Positions 9,049 through 19,673 of a stretch of 64,000 nucleotides of DNA are shown here, piece by piece (the stretch's first letter is position 1; every line of letters starts with the position of its first letter). The translations under genes and the position numbers were made by a program. This DNA is from Candidatus Shapirobacteria bacterium (GTDB lineage: Bacteria; Patescibacteriota; Microgenomatia; UBA12405): positions 587,107 to 651,106 of the forward strand of contig JAQWEN010000001.1 of assembly GCA_028704885.1 (NCBI GenBank). The letters run 5' to 3'. The notes under the pieces are model-generated. The model had not been told where the DNA came from and made no database searches. It worked only from the letters and a program-made list of their open reading frames with translations.

Positions 9049-9497
9049 TACTCTATATTACCACCCGCGGCAATAATTTTGTTTTGGGCAACTTTCGAAA
9101 GAGAAAGACCTTTAAATTTTAGAGCTTTAGTGATGTTACCAGTGGCAAGAATCTTAAAACTAGAATGAAAGTTTTTAAGAGAAGTTTTTGAGTTTTTAGC
9201 AAGTGAAGCAGCATCAACAATTTCATTGACTTTAAACCATTTTTCAATTTGATTTAAATTGATATTGACAATATTTTTTTGATTTTGGAGACGATGTTTA
9301 CCTCTCATAAATGGAAGTCGTTTGATCCAAGATTTTTTGTGTTTAGTGCCAGCAAAAGCTAGAGCCGTTGAACCTCGAGCTTTGTCACCTTTAGTGCCAC
9401 GACCAGAAGTGTGACCACCAAGACCTGAACCGATACCACGACCGCAACGACGAGCTGGTTTTTGAGTAATTTTAGTTAGTTTAGATAAAATTTCCAT
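9048..9497 (-). CDS. rplO: 50S ribosomal protein L15
   Basis: L15 family Gly/Arg-rich N-terminus. Confidence 0.92.
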   Translation of the reverse strand: MEILSKLTKITQKPARRCGRGIGSGLGGHTSGRGTKGDKARGSTALAFAGTKHKKSWIKRLPFMRGKHRLQNQKNIVNINLNQIEKWFKVNEIVDAASLAKNSKTSLKNFHSSFKILATGNITKALKFKGLSLSKVAQNKIIAAGGNIE

Positions 9498-9498
9498 A

Positions 9499-9966
9499 TT
9501 ATTTCTTTAGAGTAGAAAGAGCTTCTAAAGCAGCCCAAACATTAATTGATTTATTTTTAGAACCAATGATTTTACTGACGATATCTTGGATGCCAGCCAA
9601 TTCGACGACAGATCGAACTGGACCACCAGCAATAAGACCACTTCCTTTTTTACCAGGTCGAATCATAACAATAGCGCCTTTGAATTTCAAAGTGACAGCG
9701 CCAGAAATAGTACCGTCAACAATTGGAATAGTAATTAAACTTTTTTGAGCTTTTTTAATACCCTTTTGAATAGCATCAGCAACACTCTTGGCTTTACCTA
9801 AACCAACACCAACTCGGTTTTTTTTATCACCAGAGACAACTAGAGCCGTGAAATGGATTTGATTTCCGCCTTTAGTTTTTTTGGAAACTCTTTTAATTTC
9901 AACAACCTTGTCAGTAAATTCGCTGACTGGTTTTTCGTATTTTTGATATCTTTGATTATTATCCAT
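9499..9966 (-). CDS. rpsE: 30S ribosomal protein S5 (directly followed by rplO: no L30 gene)
   Basis: S5 family sequence; 1 nt gap to rplO. Confidence 0.92.
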   Translation of the reverse strand: MDNNQRYQKYEKPVSEFTDKVVEIKRVSKKTKGGNQIHFTALVVSGDKKNRVGVGLGKAKSVADAIQKGIKKAQKSLITIPIVDGTISGAVTLKFKGAIVMIRPGKKGSGLIAGGPVRSVVELAGIQDIVSKIIGSKNKSINVWAALEALSTLKK

Positions 9967-9970
9967 AAAT

Positions 9971-10315
9971 TTAAAAATTTAAACCTTTAGAGCGGGCGCC
10001 ATCAGCAAGAGCTTTAACTCGGCCATGGTAACGGTAAAGACCGCGATCGAATCTAACTTTAATAATCTTTTTTTCTAGGGCAAGAATAGCAATTTGTTCA
10101 CCAACGGCAGTAGCTTTTTCAGTTTTAGTACCTTTGGCTAATTTTAAACCTTTAGTAGAAACAGCAACTAAGGTTTTACCGTGTTTATCGTCAATAATTT
10201 GAGCCCAAAGATGTTGATTACTTCTGAAGACTGTTAATCGAGGAACGCCTGAATTAAGGGCTAATTTAGCTCTAACTCTGTTTTGACGTCGTTGTTTTGG
10301 GTTGTGTATAATCAT
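9971..10315 (-). CDS. rplR: 50S ribosomal protein L18
   Basis: L18 family. Confidence 0.9.
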   Translation of the reverse strand: MIIHNPKQRRQNRVRAKLALNSGVPRLTVFRSNQHLWAQIIDDKHGKTLVAVSTKGLKLAKGTKTEKATAVGEQIAILALEKKIIKVRFDRGLYRYHGRVKALADGARSKGLNF

Positions 10316-10323
10316 ATTATTTT

Positions 10324-10863
10324 TTAGGCTTTAGCTTTTTTACCAGCTTTAAGTTTAATAAATTCATCAGCATATCTAATACCTTTACCTTTGTAAGGTT
10401 CTGGTGGTCTGACTTTACGGATATTGCTGGCGATTTGACCAACTTTGGTTTTGTCAACGCCAGTAATTATAATTTTAGTATCTTCTGGAACTTCAAAGAA
10501 AACGCCGGTTGGAGCAGTAATATCGACTGGATGAATAAAACCGACATTAAGTCTAACTTTATTACCCATAAGAGTAGCTTTATAACCAGTACCTTTAATT
10601 TCCATAGTTTTTTTCCAAGGCTCGACAACACCTTTGATCATATTATTTAAATGAGCTCGGGTAGTACCGTGATTGGCTTTGGTTTTTTTATCTTCAGAAA
10701 GACGAGTAACGATAACCTGATTGTCTTTAACTTCGACATTAATTTTTAAAGGTAAAATTAGTTTTAATTCCCCTTTTGGACCAGTAACGGTAATTTCGCT
10801 AGAATTAACAGCAACAGCGACTCCGGCTGGGATATTGATTAATTGTTTTCCTATTCTTGACAT
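10324..10863 (-). CDS. rplF: 50S ribosomal protein L6
   Basis: L6 family. Confidence 0.92.
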   Translation of the reverse strand: MSRIGKQLINIPAGVAVAVNSSEITVTGPKGELKLILPLKINVEVKDNQVIVTRLSEDKKTKANHGTTRAHLNNMIKGVVEPWKKTMEIKGTGYKATLMGNKVRLNVGFIHPVDITAPTGVFFEVPEDTKIIITGVDKTKVGQIASNIRKVRPPEPYKGKGIRYADEFIKLKAGKKAKA

Positions 10864-10869
10864 AATTGT

Positions 10870-11259
10870 TTACCAGATTTCGGCAATAATTTCTCCACCT
10901 AATCCTTTGACCTTTGCCTCTTTTTGAGACATAACACCGCTGGAAGTGGAAACAATGATTAATGACTTGGGATTTTTACCCCAAGGAAGGGAAGACTTTT
11001 TTTCGTAAATACGACGACCAGGCTTGGAAAATAAACGAACGTCGTTGACGCGAGGTTCATTATTGTCATAAGCTAAAGTAATAGTCATATCTTTTTTAAC
11101 ATCGCCTACAATTGAAAAATCGGCAATATAGCCAGTTTTCTTCAAAAGAGCAGCCATGGCAGTACAAAAATTAGAAACTGGAGCAGAAATAGTTTTTCTA
11201 CCAGCTCTGTAGCCGTTTTTTATTCTAATTATAAAATCGATAGATGTTGATTGATGCAT
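10870..11259 (-). CDS. rpsH: 30S ribosomal protein S8
   Basis: S8 family. Confidence 0.92.
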   Translation of the reverse strand: MHQSTSIDFIIRIKNGYRAGRKTISAPVSNFCTAMAALLKKTGYIADFSIVGDVKKDMTITLAYDNNEPRVNDVRLFSKPGRRIYEKKSSLPWGKNPKSLIIVSTSSGVMSQKEAKVKGLGGEIIAEIW

Positions 11260-11267
11260 AATTTTAT

Positions 11268-11453
11268 TTACCAGCTAGCTTTTTTAACACCAGGAAGCAT
11301 ACCTTCATGGGCTAATTTGCGAAAGCAAAGTCGGCAGATGCCAAATAAACGAATAAAACCACGAGGTCGGCCACATATGTGACATCGATTGTGATGTCGA
11401 ACGCTATATTTTAATTTTTTGTCTTCTCGGACTATTTTTGCTGTGGTAGCCAT
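11268..11453 (-). CDS. rpsZ: 30S ribosomal protein S14 type Z (zinc-binding, 61 aa)
   Basis: [22 protein letters not shown] CxxC...CxxC motif. Confidence 0.92.
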   Translation of the reverse strand: MATTAKIVREDKKLKYSVRHHNRCHICGRPRGFIRLFGICRLCFRKLAHEGMLPGVKKASW

Positions 11454-11456
11454 AAT

Positions 11457-11996
11457 TTATTTTTTTTCAAAAGGGAAACCTAGGGCTGATAATAACATTT
11501 TTGCTTCCTCTTTTGAAGAGGCATTAATATTTAGAGTAACTTGAACAGATCTAATTTTATTAATTTTATCAAGATTTATTTCGGGAAAGAAAGTTTGATC
11601 TTTAATAGTTAGGTTGTAATTACCTTCAGAATCGAATGCGGTATCTGGTAAACCTTTAAAATCACGAAGTCTTGGCAAAACTAAATTGAATAATTTTTCA
11701 ACAAAATCATACATTCTGGCGCCTCGAAGGGTAACTTTAAGAGCTAGAGGATCATTTTGACGAAGTTTAAAAGCAGAAACAGCTTTTTTAGCTTTACAAA
11801 GCTTTGGTTTTTGACCGACAATAGCAATTAATTCTTCGGTGGCAGCAGTAAGAGCTTCTTGGCTTTCACGAGCTTCAGCAACACGATAATTAATGACTAC
11901 CTTTTTTAATCTTGGTAAAGAAAAAATATTACGATCTTTTGAAGTAGCCTTGATCAAATTTTCTTTAATAGTGGTATCAATGATTGTTTTTAACAT
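11457..11996 (-). CDS. rplE: 50S ribosomal protein L5
   Basis: L5 family. Confidence 0.92.
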   Translation of the reverse strand: MLKTIIDTTIKENLIKATSKDRNIFSLPRLKKVVINYRVAEARESQEALTAATEELIAIVGQKPKLCKAKKAVSAFKLRQNDPLALKVTLRGARMYDFVEKLFNLVLPRLRDFKGLPDTAFDSEGNYNLTIKDQTFFPEINLDKINKIRSVQVTLNINASSKEEAKMLLSALGFPFEKK

Positions 11997-11998
11997 AA

Positions 11999-12325
11999 TT
12001 ATTTTTTAGAAACAGGAGTATTTAAAACAGATTTACACTTTCGGCAAATTCTAGATTTTTCACCTGATTTATCGATTAAATAAGCAACTCTAATGGTTTT
12101 TTTACAACTAGGACAGATTACAGCGACTTTAGAAATAGTAATAGCTCTTTCTTTTTCAATAATTGATCCTGGTCGACCTTGGCTTGGTTTAATGTGTTTT
12201 TTATACAAATTTAAACCTTTAACTACAACCTGGTCTTTTTTAGGCATAGCTTTAACAACTTCACCTTCACGACCTTTGTCTTTTCCGATTAAAATTTTGA
12301 CTTTATCACCTTTTAAAATTTTCAT
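11999..12325 (-). CDS. rplX: 50S ribosomal protein L24 with C-terminal CxxC...CxxC zinc-ribbon extension; start MKILKGD with AGGAGG RBS
   Basis: KOW motif KGDKVKILIGKDKGREGEV; AGGAGG 9 nt upstream of ATG at 12325. Confidence 0.9.
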   Translation of the reverse strand: MKILKGDKVKILIGKDKGREGEVVKAMPKKDQVVVKGLNLYKKHIKPSQGRPGSIIEKERAITISKVAVICPSCKKTIRVAYLIDKSGEKSRICRKCKSVLNTPVSKK

Positions 12326-12326
12326 A

Positions 12327-12698
12327 TTAGTAAACCTCCTGAGCCATGGAAGCAATTTTATTGAATCCTAAATCTTTAATTTCACGAGCAATTGGTCCAA
12401 AAATTCTGGTACCTCGTGGGTTGTTTTGAGAATCGATAATAACACCAGCGTTGTCATTGAAACGAATGTAAGAGCCATCAGCTCGACCAAATTCTTTTTT
12501 GGTACGAACGATAACCATTTTGACTTTTTCTTTTTTCTTAACTAAACCATTTGGGATAGCATCCATAACAACAGCCATAACAATATCACCGATAGTACCT
12601 TTCTTGTGAAAAGAACCTTTGTAAACATGAATAACCTGAGCTCTTTTTGCTCCACAATTATCGGTTGGTTTAATAATACTTCTTAATTGGACAGACAT
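12327..12698 (-). CDS. rplN: 50S ribosomal protein L14
   Basis: L14 family. Confidence 0.92.
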   Translation of the reverse strand: MSVQLRSIIKPTDNCGAKRAQVIHVYKGSFHKKGTIGDIVMAVVMDAIPNGLVKKKEKVKMVIVRTKKEFGRADGSYIRFNDNAGVIIDSQNNPRGTRIFGPIAREIKDLGFNKIASMAQEVY

Positions 12699-12700
12699 AG

Positions 12701-12961
12701 TTATTTAGACTTTTTGATAATGGCTAAGGTAGTAAATCTTTTAAGTTTGCTTAAAGGTCGAGTTTCTCGAACTTTAACAATATCACCAGTTTTGGCTGAA
12801 AGATTATTTTCAGCATAAATATTTTTATGCTTTCTAAAAATCTTTTTATAAAGAGGATGGCTTTTAGTATATTCAAGAGAGACCACAATAGTGTTGGTCA
12901 TTTTGTCAGAAATGACGCTACCTTCGAAGGTTTTACCGTTAGTATTAATTTTGTTTGTCAT
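12701..12961 (-). CDS. rpsQ: 30S ribosomal protein S17
   Basis: S17 family. Confidence 0.9.
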   Translation of the reverse strand: MTNKINTNGKTFEGSVISDKMTNTIVVSLEYTKSHPLYKKIFRKHKNIYAENNLSAKTGDIVKVRETRPLSKLKRFTTLAIIKKSK

Positions 12962-13154
12962 TTTTCTTTTCTTGAATAAGAGTTGAGATTAAAGAAATCT
13001 CGTATTTAATTTTTGAGAAGACAGAAGTGTCCTTTTGATTACCAGTGGCTGATTTTGCCTTGGCTTCAATAAATTTCTTGCGAAGATCTAAAAGATTTTT
13101 TAATAGTTCCTCAACACTTTTTTGTCTGTAGGAAATTTTATCAGTTTTTTTCAT
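12945..13154 (-). CDS. rpmC: 50S ribosomal protein L29
   Basis: L29 family, 69 aa. Confidence 0.88.
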   Translation of the reverse strand: MKKTDKISYRQKSVEELLKNLLDLRKKFIEAKAKSATGNQKDTSVFSKIKYEISLISTLIQEKKNDKQN

Positions 13155-13165
13155 AAAATCTACCC

Positions 13166-13567
13166 CTATTTTCGATTAACGATTTTGCACACAACTGGTA
13201 ACTTAGCAGCAGCTAGATTTAAACCTTCTTTGGCTTCGGTTTCAGTGACACCAGAAACTTCGAAGATAATACGACCGGGCTTGACCACGGCGACATAACC
13301 TTTAACATCACCCTTTCCGGCACCCATAGTTCCAGTACCTTTTTCAGTAAATGGTTTATCAGGGAAAATTCGACACCACATACGACCGTTTCTTTTAGTG
13401 GCATGAGCAATGGCCTTACGAGCGGCTTCTAATTGATTGGCAGTAATCCAGCTACATTCGAGAGATTTGAGGCCGTATTCACCAAAAGCAACTAAGTTGC
13501 CTTTAGAATTACCTCTCATTTTGCCTCGGAAGGCTTTTCTGTATTTAGTTCTACTTGGTTGTAACAT
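13166..13567 (-). CDS. rplP: 50S ribosomal protein L16
   Basis: L16 family. Confidence 0.92.
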   Translation of the reverse strand: MLQPSRTKYRKAFRGKMRGNSKGNLVAFGEYGLKSLECSWITANQLEAARKAIAHATKRNGRMWCRIFPDKPFTEKGTGTMGAGKGDVKGYVAVVKPGRIIFEVSGVTETEAKEGLNLAAAKLPVVCKIVNRK

Positions 13568-13573
13568 AATTAT

Positions 13574-14215
13574 TTAGCCTAAACATAAATAAACTTTAAC
13601 TCCGATATATCCGGATCTGGTTAGAGATGGACATTCGTGATAATCAATTATTGATCGAATAGTACTTAATGGTACTGTACCTTGAGAAAATTTTTCTCGG
13701 CGACCGATTTCGGCACCATTGATACGTCCAGAAAGAATAATTTTAATACCCTTAGCGCCAGAAGCAATTGATTTTTCCATGGCGGATAAAACAACTCGAC
13801 GATATGGCATTCTTTTGGTTAATTGGAAAGCAATTTTTTCAGCAATTAATTTGGCTGAAAGATCGGCATGTTTGAATTCTTCAACTTGAATTTCAACACC
13901 TTGTTTACCGCTGGCTTTGAAAAGTAATCTTTGAACTTCTTTTTTGATAGTCTCTAATTCTTTACCACCACGACCGATGACTAAACCAGGTCGAGAAACA
14001 ACTAAAATTAATTTCATTTTTTTAACAGAACGTTCAATTCTGATAGAAACGATACCGGCGGAATTAAATTTAGATTGAAGGAAATCTCTAATTTTTTTAT
14101 CTTCTAAAAGATAGATGGCGTATTTTTTAACACCAGCATACCAGGAAGATTGCCATTGAGGGCTGTTTTTGACAGTCTCTAATCTAAAACCAATTGGATT
14201 AATTTTTTGGCCCAT
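13574..14215 (-). CDS. rpsC: 30S ribosomal protein S3
   Basis: KH domain + S3 C-terminal domain. Confidence 0.92.
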   Translation of the reverse strand: MGQKINPIGFRLETVKNSPQWQSSWYAGVKKYAIYLLEDKKIRDFLQSKFNSAGIVSIRIERSVKKMKLILVVSRPGLVIGRGGKELETIKKEVQRLLFKASGKQGVEIQVEEFKHADLSAKLIAEKIAFQLTKRMPYRRVVLSAMEKSIASGAKGIKIILSGRINGAEIGRREKFSQGTVPLSTIRSIIDYHECPSLTRSGYIGVKVYLCLG

Positions 14216-14217
14216 AG

Positions 14218-14703
14218 TTACTTTTGATTACCTTTAACATGAATAATAAGTCGACTGTGTCTTTTTTGAATTAGACCTCTGGCAAATCTGGAACCGTGGG
14301 CTTTATCCATACGTTTCATTTTTAAGCCTTCGTCAACTTTGAGTAGATCGAATTTTAAAGTGTTAGTGTCTAAATTGAAATTATTTTTAGCATCAGCAAT
14401 GACATTTTGAAGAGCCTTGATCATGATACGAGCAGATTTGGTATTGGTAAATTTAAGTCTAGCTAAAGCATCAACTGGGGATAATTTTCTGATGTTATCG
14501 GCTAAAAGTCGCAATTTTCGAGGAGAGATCATAAGATCTTTATTGAAATATTTAGCAATTTTAGTGTGGGATACTTCAACCTTTGGAGTTTCGATAACTT
14601 TTGAAACTGCCTTAACTTCGACCTTTTTAATGTCTTTTTTAACAACAGCTTTTTTAACGGCTGGAGTTTTGACTTTAGTAATTTTTTTAATTTCTTTTGG
14701 CAT
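14218..14703 (-). CDS. rplV: 50S ribosomal protein L22 with Lys-rich N-terminal extension
   Basis: L22 family core. Confidence 0.9.
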   Translation of the reverse strand: MPKEIKKITKVKTPAVKKAVVKKDIKKVEVKAVSKVIETPKVEVSHTKIAKYFNKDLMISPRKLRLLADNIRKLSPVDALARLKFTNTKSARIMIKALQNVIADAKNNFNLDTNTLKFDLLKVDEGLKMKRMDKAHGSRFARGLIQKRHSRLIIHVKGNQK

Positions 14704-14709
14704 AATTGT

Positions 14710-14982
14710 TTACGTCTTTTCAATAACACGTTTAACGACACGTCCGTGACCTTTAAAGGTACGAGTAGCCGAGAATTCGCCTAAGCGATGGCCAACCATA
14801 TCTTCAGTGACATAGACATTAATAAATTTTTTACCATTGTGGACTTCAAAATTTCGGCCAACAAACTCTGGAGGAATCTGGCTTCTTCTGGCCCAAGTTT
14901 TGATGGCCTCATTGCCACCCTTAGCTACTTTTTCAAATAGTTTTTTGTCAATGTATGGACCTTTTTTGGAACTTCTAGACAT
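14710..14982 (-). CDS. rpsS: 30S ribosomal protein S19
   Basis: S19 family. Confidence 0.93.
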   Translation of the reverse strand: MSRSSKKGPYIDKKLFEKVAKGGNEAIKTWARRSQIPPEFVGRNFEVHNGKKFINVYVTEDMVGHRLGEFSATRTFKGHGRVVKRVIEKT

Positions 14983-14983
14983 A

Positions 14984-15727
14984 TTACTTTCGATGCTTAA
15001 TTATTAATCGATTGGAGGCATTTTTACGTTTTCTGGTTTTTTTGAAGGCAGATTTACCCCATGGTGTTTTTGGATGCATACCAATAGAGCTTCGACCTTC
15101 ACCACCACCGTGTGGATGAGAGTGAGGATTTTGAGCCACACCTCTAACGGTTGGACGAATACCACGAAGTCGTGATTGACCAGCTTTAGTTAATTTTTGA
15201 TTTGAATGATCGGAATTACCAACTTGACCAATGGTGGCAAAAGAATCAGCGTTAAAAATTCTGATTTCACCAGATGGAAGTTTAATGGTGGCTTTGTTAC
15301 CATCAATACTTTGAATATAAGCAGCAGAGCCAGCACTTTTAATTAATTGGGCATCTTTGCCTTTTTGAAAAGATAAACAATGAACAGGAACACCAACTGG
15401 AATATTTTTAAGAGGTAAACAATTGCCGTCTTTAATTGGAGCATTAACAGAAGAAACGACAACGTCACCGACTTTTAAACCAGTAGGAGCTAAAATATAA
15501 GACTTAGCACCATCTTCGTAAATTAAAAGAGCAATATCGGCGGTTCGACCAGGATCATATTCAATAGTCGAAACTTTAGCATTAATATCAAGTTTACCTC
15601 TTCTCCAATCAATTTCTCTGATAAAACGCTTTTGTTCACCACCGCGATGTCGGATGGAAACATGACCTTGGTCGTCTCGACCGCTGGTTTTTTTCTTGAT
15701 AGTTAATAAAGATCTAATTCTGGTCAT
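14984..15727 (-). CDS. rplB: 50S ribosomal protein L2
   Basis: L2 family (...GGGEGR...), 247 aa. Confidence 0.92.
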   Translation of the reverse strand: MTRIRSLLTIKKKTSGRDDQGHVSIRHRGGEQKRFIREIDWRRGKLDINAKVSTIEYDPGRTADIALLIYEDGAKSYILAPTGLKVGDVVVSSVNAPIKDGNCLPLKNIPVGVPVHCLSFQKGKDAQLIKSAGSAAYIQSIDGNKATIKLPSGEIRIFNADSFATIGQVGNSDHSNQKLTKAGQSRLRGIRPTVRGVAQNPHSHPHGGGEGRSSIGMHPKTPWGKSAFKKTRKRKNASNRLIIKHRK

Positions 15728-15730
15728 AGA

Positions 15731-16027
15731 TTATTTAAGATTGAGTTTTAATAATTCAATTTTGGTATTTTTTTCGACACTAATAATAGCCTTTTTAAGA
15801 TCAGATTTTTTAATTGGTAATCTTTTTTGGCGATCGGTCTTCATTTTACCTTTAACAATAACAGTATTAATATTTAGGGGTTTGACACCGAAAACAGCTT
15901 CAAAAGAAGATTCAATTTGACCTTTGGTGGCATCTTTTTTGACCCAAAAAGCATATTTACCATTTTCTTGTTGTGACAAGGTTTTTTCAGTAAAAACTGG
16001 TTTTAAAACTATTAAATTTGATTGCAT
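15731..16027 (-). CDS. rplW: 50S ribosomal protein L23
   Basis: L23 family. Confidence 0.9.
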   Translation of the reverse strand: MQSNLIVLKPVFTEKTLSQQENGKYAFWVKKDATKGQIESSFEAVFGVKPLNINTVIVKGKMKTDRQKRLPIKKSDLKKAIISVEKNTKIELLKLNLK

Positions 16028-16029
16028 AT

Positions 16030-16665
16030 TTATTTAGATAAAATGTCTAGAGTATCTTGACTAAAAATCAAAAAGTTTTGATTAGAAAGATCGTAAACAT
16101 TTAAAGATTTAAGGGACAAAAGATTAGTTTTAGGAAGATTTCCAAAAGCTCTTTTGAGGTTAGGAATAGTTTCGGTTGTAATTATCCCAACTTTCGAACT
16201 TTTTGATAATACTTCATCTGCAGCTCTAAGTCCAGTGAGTAATTTAATTCCCTCTTTGGTTTTTGGAGCTAATTTTTCAAAAGAATCGATAATTATAATT
16301 TTTTTATCTTGAGCAAATTTAGTAAGAATAGAATTTAAAGCAACGACTTTCATTTTTTTAGAAAGATTAAGTTTGTAGTTTTGAAGACCATCTGGACCCA
16401 TAGCACTACCACCACCGACAAAGATTGGGGCGGTTCGATTACCATGACGAGCACGACCAGTACCTTTTTGGGCATAAACTTTTTGACGAGTACCAGCAAC
16501 ATCAGATCTTGTTTTTGCCTTAGCATAGGAAGATCTTTGGTTGGCTAAATAAACACGAATAGCTTGAGAAATTAATTTTTCGGAAATTTTGGTATCGAAA
16601 ATTGACTTTGGTAAGGCAATTTCTCCAACTTTTTCTGCTTTAATGTTATAGATTTGAGTTTTCAT
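16030..16665 (-). CDS. rplD: 50S ribosomal protein L4
   Basis: L4 family. Confidence 0.92.
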   Translation of the reverse strand: MKTQIYNIKAEKVGEIALPKSIFDTKISEKLISQAIRVYLANQRSSYAKAKTRSDVAGTRQKVYAQKGTGRARHGNRTAPIFVGGGSAMGPDGLQNYKLNLSKKMKVVALNSILTKFAQDKKIIIIDSFEKLAPKTKEGIKLLTGLRAADEVLSKSSKVGIITTETIPNLKRAFGNLPKTNLLSLKSLNVYDLSNQNFLIFSQDTLDILSK

Positions 16666-16667
16666 AG

Positions 16668-17288
16668 TTAGATGGTCTTTTTGAGAGTAATCCAGGAGTT
16701 GAAATGACCGGAAAATGAACCACTAATTAATATTTCGTTAGTTTCAGGATTAATAGAAATTATTTTTAAATTTTCAATGGTTTTATTAACATTACCAAAA
16801 TGACCTGGCATTTTTTTACCACGGACAACTTTACTTGGAGTTTGAGCACCAATTGAACCAGGATGTCGAACACGATCGGAAGCACCTAAAAGAGGTTGCT
16901 TTTTGAAGCCGTGTCGTTTGATAACACCAGCAAATCCATGACCTTTGGAAATACCGGTAGCATCAACTTCCTCACCAACAGTAAAAACGGTATCAATAGA
17001 AATATTGCTACCAATTTCAGGAATTTGGTCGGAAGTTAAATCAAATTCTTGAAAACCCTTTGGAAGAGTTTCAATTTTTAATTTGGTTAACTTGGTAGAA
17101 GTGGACTTATCGAGCTTTTTTCTTTCACCATAGGCAACTTGAACAGCTTGATAGCCATCTTTTTCTTGATTTTTAATTTGAGTGACAGTTAATGGTTTAG
17201 CAATACATTTAGTAACGGCAATTCTTTTGCCGTCTTCGGTGTAGATGCTGGTCATTTGACCTTTTTTGACAAGAAATCCTGAAATCAT
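16668..17288 (-). CDS. rplC: 50S ribosomal protein L3
   Basis: L3 family. Confidence 0.92.
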   Translation of the reverse strand: MISGFLVKKGQMTSIYTEDGKRIAVTKCIAKPLTVTQIKNQEKDGYQAVQVAYGERKKLDKSTSTKLTKLKIETLPKGFQEFDLTSDQIPEIGSNISIDTVFTVGEEVDATGISKGHGFAGVIKRHGFKKQPLLGASDRVRHPGSIGAQTPSKVVRGKKMPGHFGNVNKTIENLKIISINPETNEILISGSFSGHFNSWITLKKTI

Positions 17289-17292
17289 AGTT

Positions 17293-17604
17293 TTACATTT
17301 TAACTTCTATTTCCACACCAGAGGGTAAATCTAAATGCTGAAGACTATCCACAGTTCGAAGACTGGTATTCGAGATATCGATAAGTCGCTTGTGAGTAAG
17401 TATTTGGAAATGCTCACGAGCATTTTTGTCGGTATGAGGACTAGTTAGAACAACAATGGTTTTTCTCTCAGTTGGTAAAGGTATTGGACCTTCCACTTGA
17501 GCACCAGCAGTAACCACAGTCTCAACGATCTTCATCGCTGCTTCATCGATAATACGATGATCGAAAGATTTTAATCGAATACGAATGCGGTTACCTTTGG
17601 CCAT
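17293..17604 (-). CDS. rpsJ: 30S ribosomal protein S10 (start [12 protein letters not shown]; ORF track start at 17643 overlaps tuf)
   Basis: S10 family N-terminus begins at the internal Met, which removes the overlap with tuf. Confidence 0.9.
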   Translation of the reverse strand: MAKGNRIRIRLKSFDHRIIDEAAMKIVETVVTAGAQVEGPIPLPTERKTIVVLTSPHTDKNAREHFQILTHKRLIDISNTSLRTVDSLQHLDLPSGVEIEVKM

Positions 17605-17608
17605 ATAT

Positions 17609-18781
17609 TTATTTGATAATTTCTGTAATAGCACCGGCACCAACGGTTAAGCCACCTTCTCGGATAGCAAATCTTTGGCCTGGTTGCATAGCTACAGGTT
17701 TAATTAATTTAATAATAACGTTAGTATTATCGCCTGGCATAACCATTTCAGTACCTTCTGGTAGAGTAATGTCGCCGGTTACATCAGTAGTTCTGATGAA
17801 AACTTGAGGGCGGTAACCACTAAAAATTGGGGTATGTCGACCACCTTCTTCTTTTTTAAGGAGAAGAACTTCAGCTTTGAATTCAGTGTGAGGAGTAATT
17901 GAACCTGGTTTGGCTAAGACTTGACCTCTTTCGATATCATCTTTTTCAACTCCGCGGAGCAATAATCCAACGTTATCACCAGCTTGACCTTGATCAAGAG
18001 ATTTCTTAAACATTTCCACACCAGTAACAACAGCTTTTCGAGTGTCTTTTAAACCAACGATTTCAATTTCATCGTTGACTTTAACGGTACCTTTTTCAAT
18101 TCTACCGGTAGCAACAGTTCCTCGACCTTTAATGGAGAAAACATCTTCAATTGGCATTAAGAAAGGTTTGTCAAATTCACGGACGGGTTCAGGAATGTAA
18201 GTATCAAGAGCTTCCATCAATTTCTTAATAGATTCAACACCATCAGCATCACCATTGAGAGCCTTGAGAGCTGAGCCACGAATAATTGGAGTTTCGTCAC
18301 CTGGGAAGCCGTATTTAGTTAATAAATCACGGATTTCCATTTCGACTAAGTCTAAAAATTCAGGATCAGTAACGAGATCACATTTATTTAAGAAAACGAC
18401 CAAAGATGGAACGTTAACTTGTTTAGCTAACAAAACGTGTTCTCTGGTTTGAGGCATAGGACCGTCTGGTGCAGAAACGACGAGAATAGCTCCGTCCATT
18501 TGAGCAGCACCAGTGATCATGTTTTTGACATAATCAGCATGTCCTGGACAATCGATGTGAGCGTAATGTCTCTTCTCAGTTTCGTATTCGATATGAGAGA
18601 TAGCAATAGTAACGATTTTAGAAGCATCACGAACTGTACCACCCTTAGCAATATCTGCATAGGATTTTCCACCACCTTGAATTTTAGAAATAGCGGCGGT
18701 TAAAGTTGTCTTACCATGATCAACGTGACCGATAGTACCGACATTGACGTGTGGCTTATTTCTTTTAAAAGTATCTGCCAT
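17609..18781 (-). CDS. tuf: elongation factor Tu
   Basis: [10 protein letters not shown] ... DCPGHADY GTPase motifs, 390 aa; AAGGAG RBS. Confidence 0.95.
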   Translation of the reverse strand: MADTFKRNKPHVNVGTIGHVDHGKTTLTAAISKIQGGGKSYADIAKGGTVRDASKIVTIAISHIEYETEKRHYAHIDCPGHADYVKNMITGAAQMDGAILVVSAPDGPMPQTREHVLLAKQVNVPSLVVFLNKCDLVTDPEFLDLVEMEIRDLLTKYGFPGDETPIIRGSALKALNGDADGVESIKKLMEALDTYIPEPVREFDKPFLMPIEDVFSIKGRGTVATGRIEKGTVKVNDEIEIVGLKDTRKAVVTGVEMFKKSLDQGQAGDNVGLLLRGVEKDDIERGQVLAKPGSITPHTEFKAEVLLLKKEEGGRHTPIFSGYRPQVFIRTTDVTGDITLPEGTEMVMPGDNTNVIIKLIKPVAMQPGQRFAIREGGLTVGAGAITEIIK

Positions 18782-18854
18782 TTGATTTTTCTCCTTTTTA
18801 TGTCTTTTTTTAGACGAAATACTAAATTAATAATTTAGATTAAAATGCTTTTAG

Positions 18855-18883
18855 ATTGTACCAGCTGTACTAAAGCTTTGCAA
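18855..18883 (-). promoter_or_regulatory. sigma70-like promoter for tuf (TTGCAA-17 nt-TACAAT on minus strand)
   Basis: -35 at 18878-18883, -10 at 18855-18860 (reverse complement). Confidence 0.4.
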
Positions 18884-18990
18884 CATACAAAACGTAGCAA
18901 TTTAATGCTGATTTTAGAAAATAATTTATCTAAATCGAGTTAACCAAAATTTTAACATAAATAAAGAGAAAAAGTTTGATGATGAAAATA

Positions 18991-19037
18991 AAAAAAAGGC
19001 CTCAAACGTTAATGTCAGTAAACTGACTGTTTGAGGC
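18991..19037 (-). terminator. rho-independent terminator after the 19056-19568 gene
   Basis: 9 bp stem GCCTCAAAC/GTTTGAGGC with nested hairpin, followed on the minus strand by T8. Confidence 0.6.
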
Positions 19038-19055
19038 ACTTTAAGTGGAATAAAA

Positions 19056-19568
19056 TCAGAAAGGAATGAGAGTGAAGTAAGTATAAGGGCCTTCATCGAG
19101 AAAGTCAGCATAGTAAAGAACCCCTTCAATAATACAAAGACTGCCAGGAAACATCAGATTCATTGAATAACTTTTAACAGTAGTTCTTTTGTTTTTTTTT
19201 GAAGGTAAAAGACTAAAATTGTTCGTAAGATCAAGATCATTAAAGTTAATGAAAGTTATTTTTATTTTAGGACTAGCTTCCAAAAAAACTCGAAAAGGTA
19301 AATATTGCCAACCACTGTTAAAAAAAGAGAAGACATAGCAGCCATATTCAATAGAGGAATGAACTCTAAAAAAATAACTATCATCGGTTATAAGAAAATT
19401 TATGTCATCGGATTTATCTTCTGGACGGGATTGATTGTTGGTTACCACCTCATCAGCGTTTTCTTTCTCAATGTCTTGATTGTCCTTGGAATTAGGCAAT
19501 TTTGATTCTAAAGAGAAATTATTTTTATTGATTTCGAACCAAACGCAAATGTCTGGATAATTTGCCAT
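19056..19568 (-). CDS. hypothetical protein (170 aa) inserted between fusA and tuf; start MANYPDI with AAGGAAGG RBS
   Basis: Own RBS and own terminator; acidic low-complexity middle region; no recognisable family. Confidence 0.55.
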   Translation of the reverse strand: MANYPDICVWFEINKNNFSLESKLPNSKDNQDIEKENADEVVTNNQSRPEDKSDDINFLITDDSYFFRVHSSIEYGCYVFSFFNSGWQYLPFRVFLEASPKIKITFINFNDLDLTNNFSLLPSKKNKRTTVKSYSMNLMFPGSLCIIEGVLYYADFLDEGPYTYFTLIPF

Positions 19569-19673
19569 GGGTGATAACACTTCCTTCCTTTTATATATTT
19601 TATTCTAGATTTTTAAGGTTCTTGCTGGCAAGTATATTCTTTTTAATTTTGATTGTGAAGAAGGTATTTAATT

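Noticed and set aside
18926-19129. 67 aa minus-strand ORF spanning the terminator downstream of the fusA-tuf orphan gene.
   Set aside because: It covers the terminator hairpin and T-run and overlaps the 3' end of the better-supported 19056-19568 gene.
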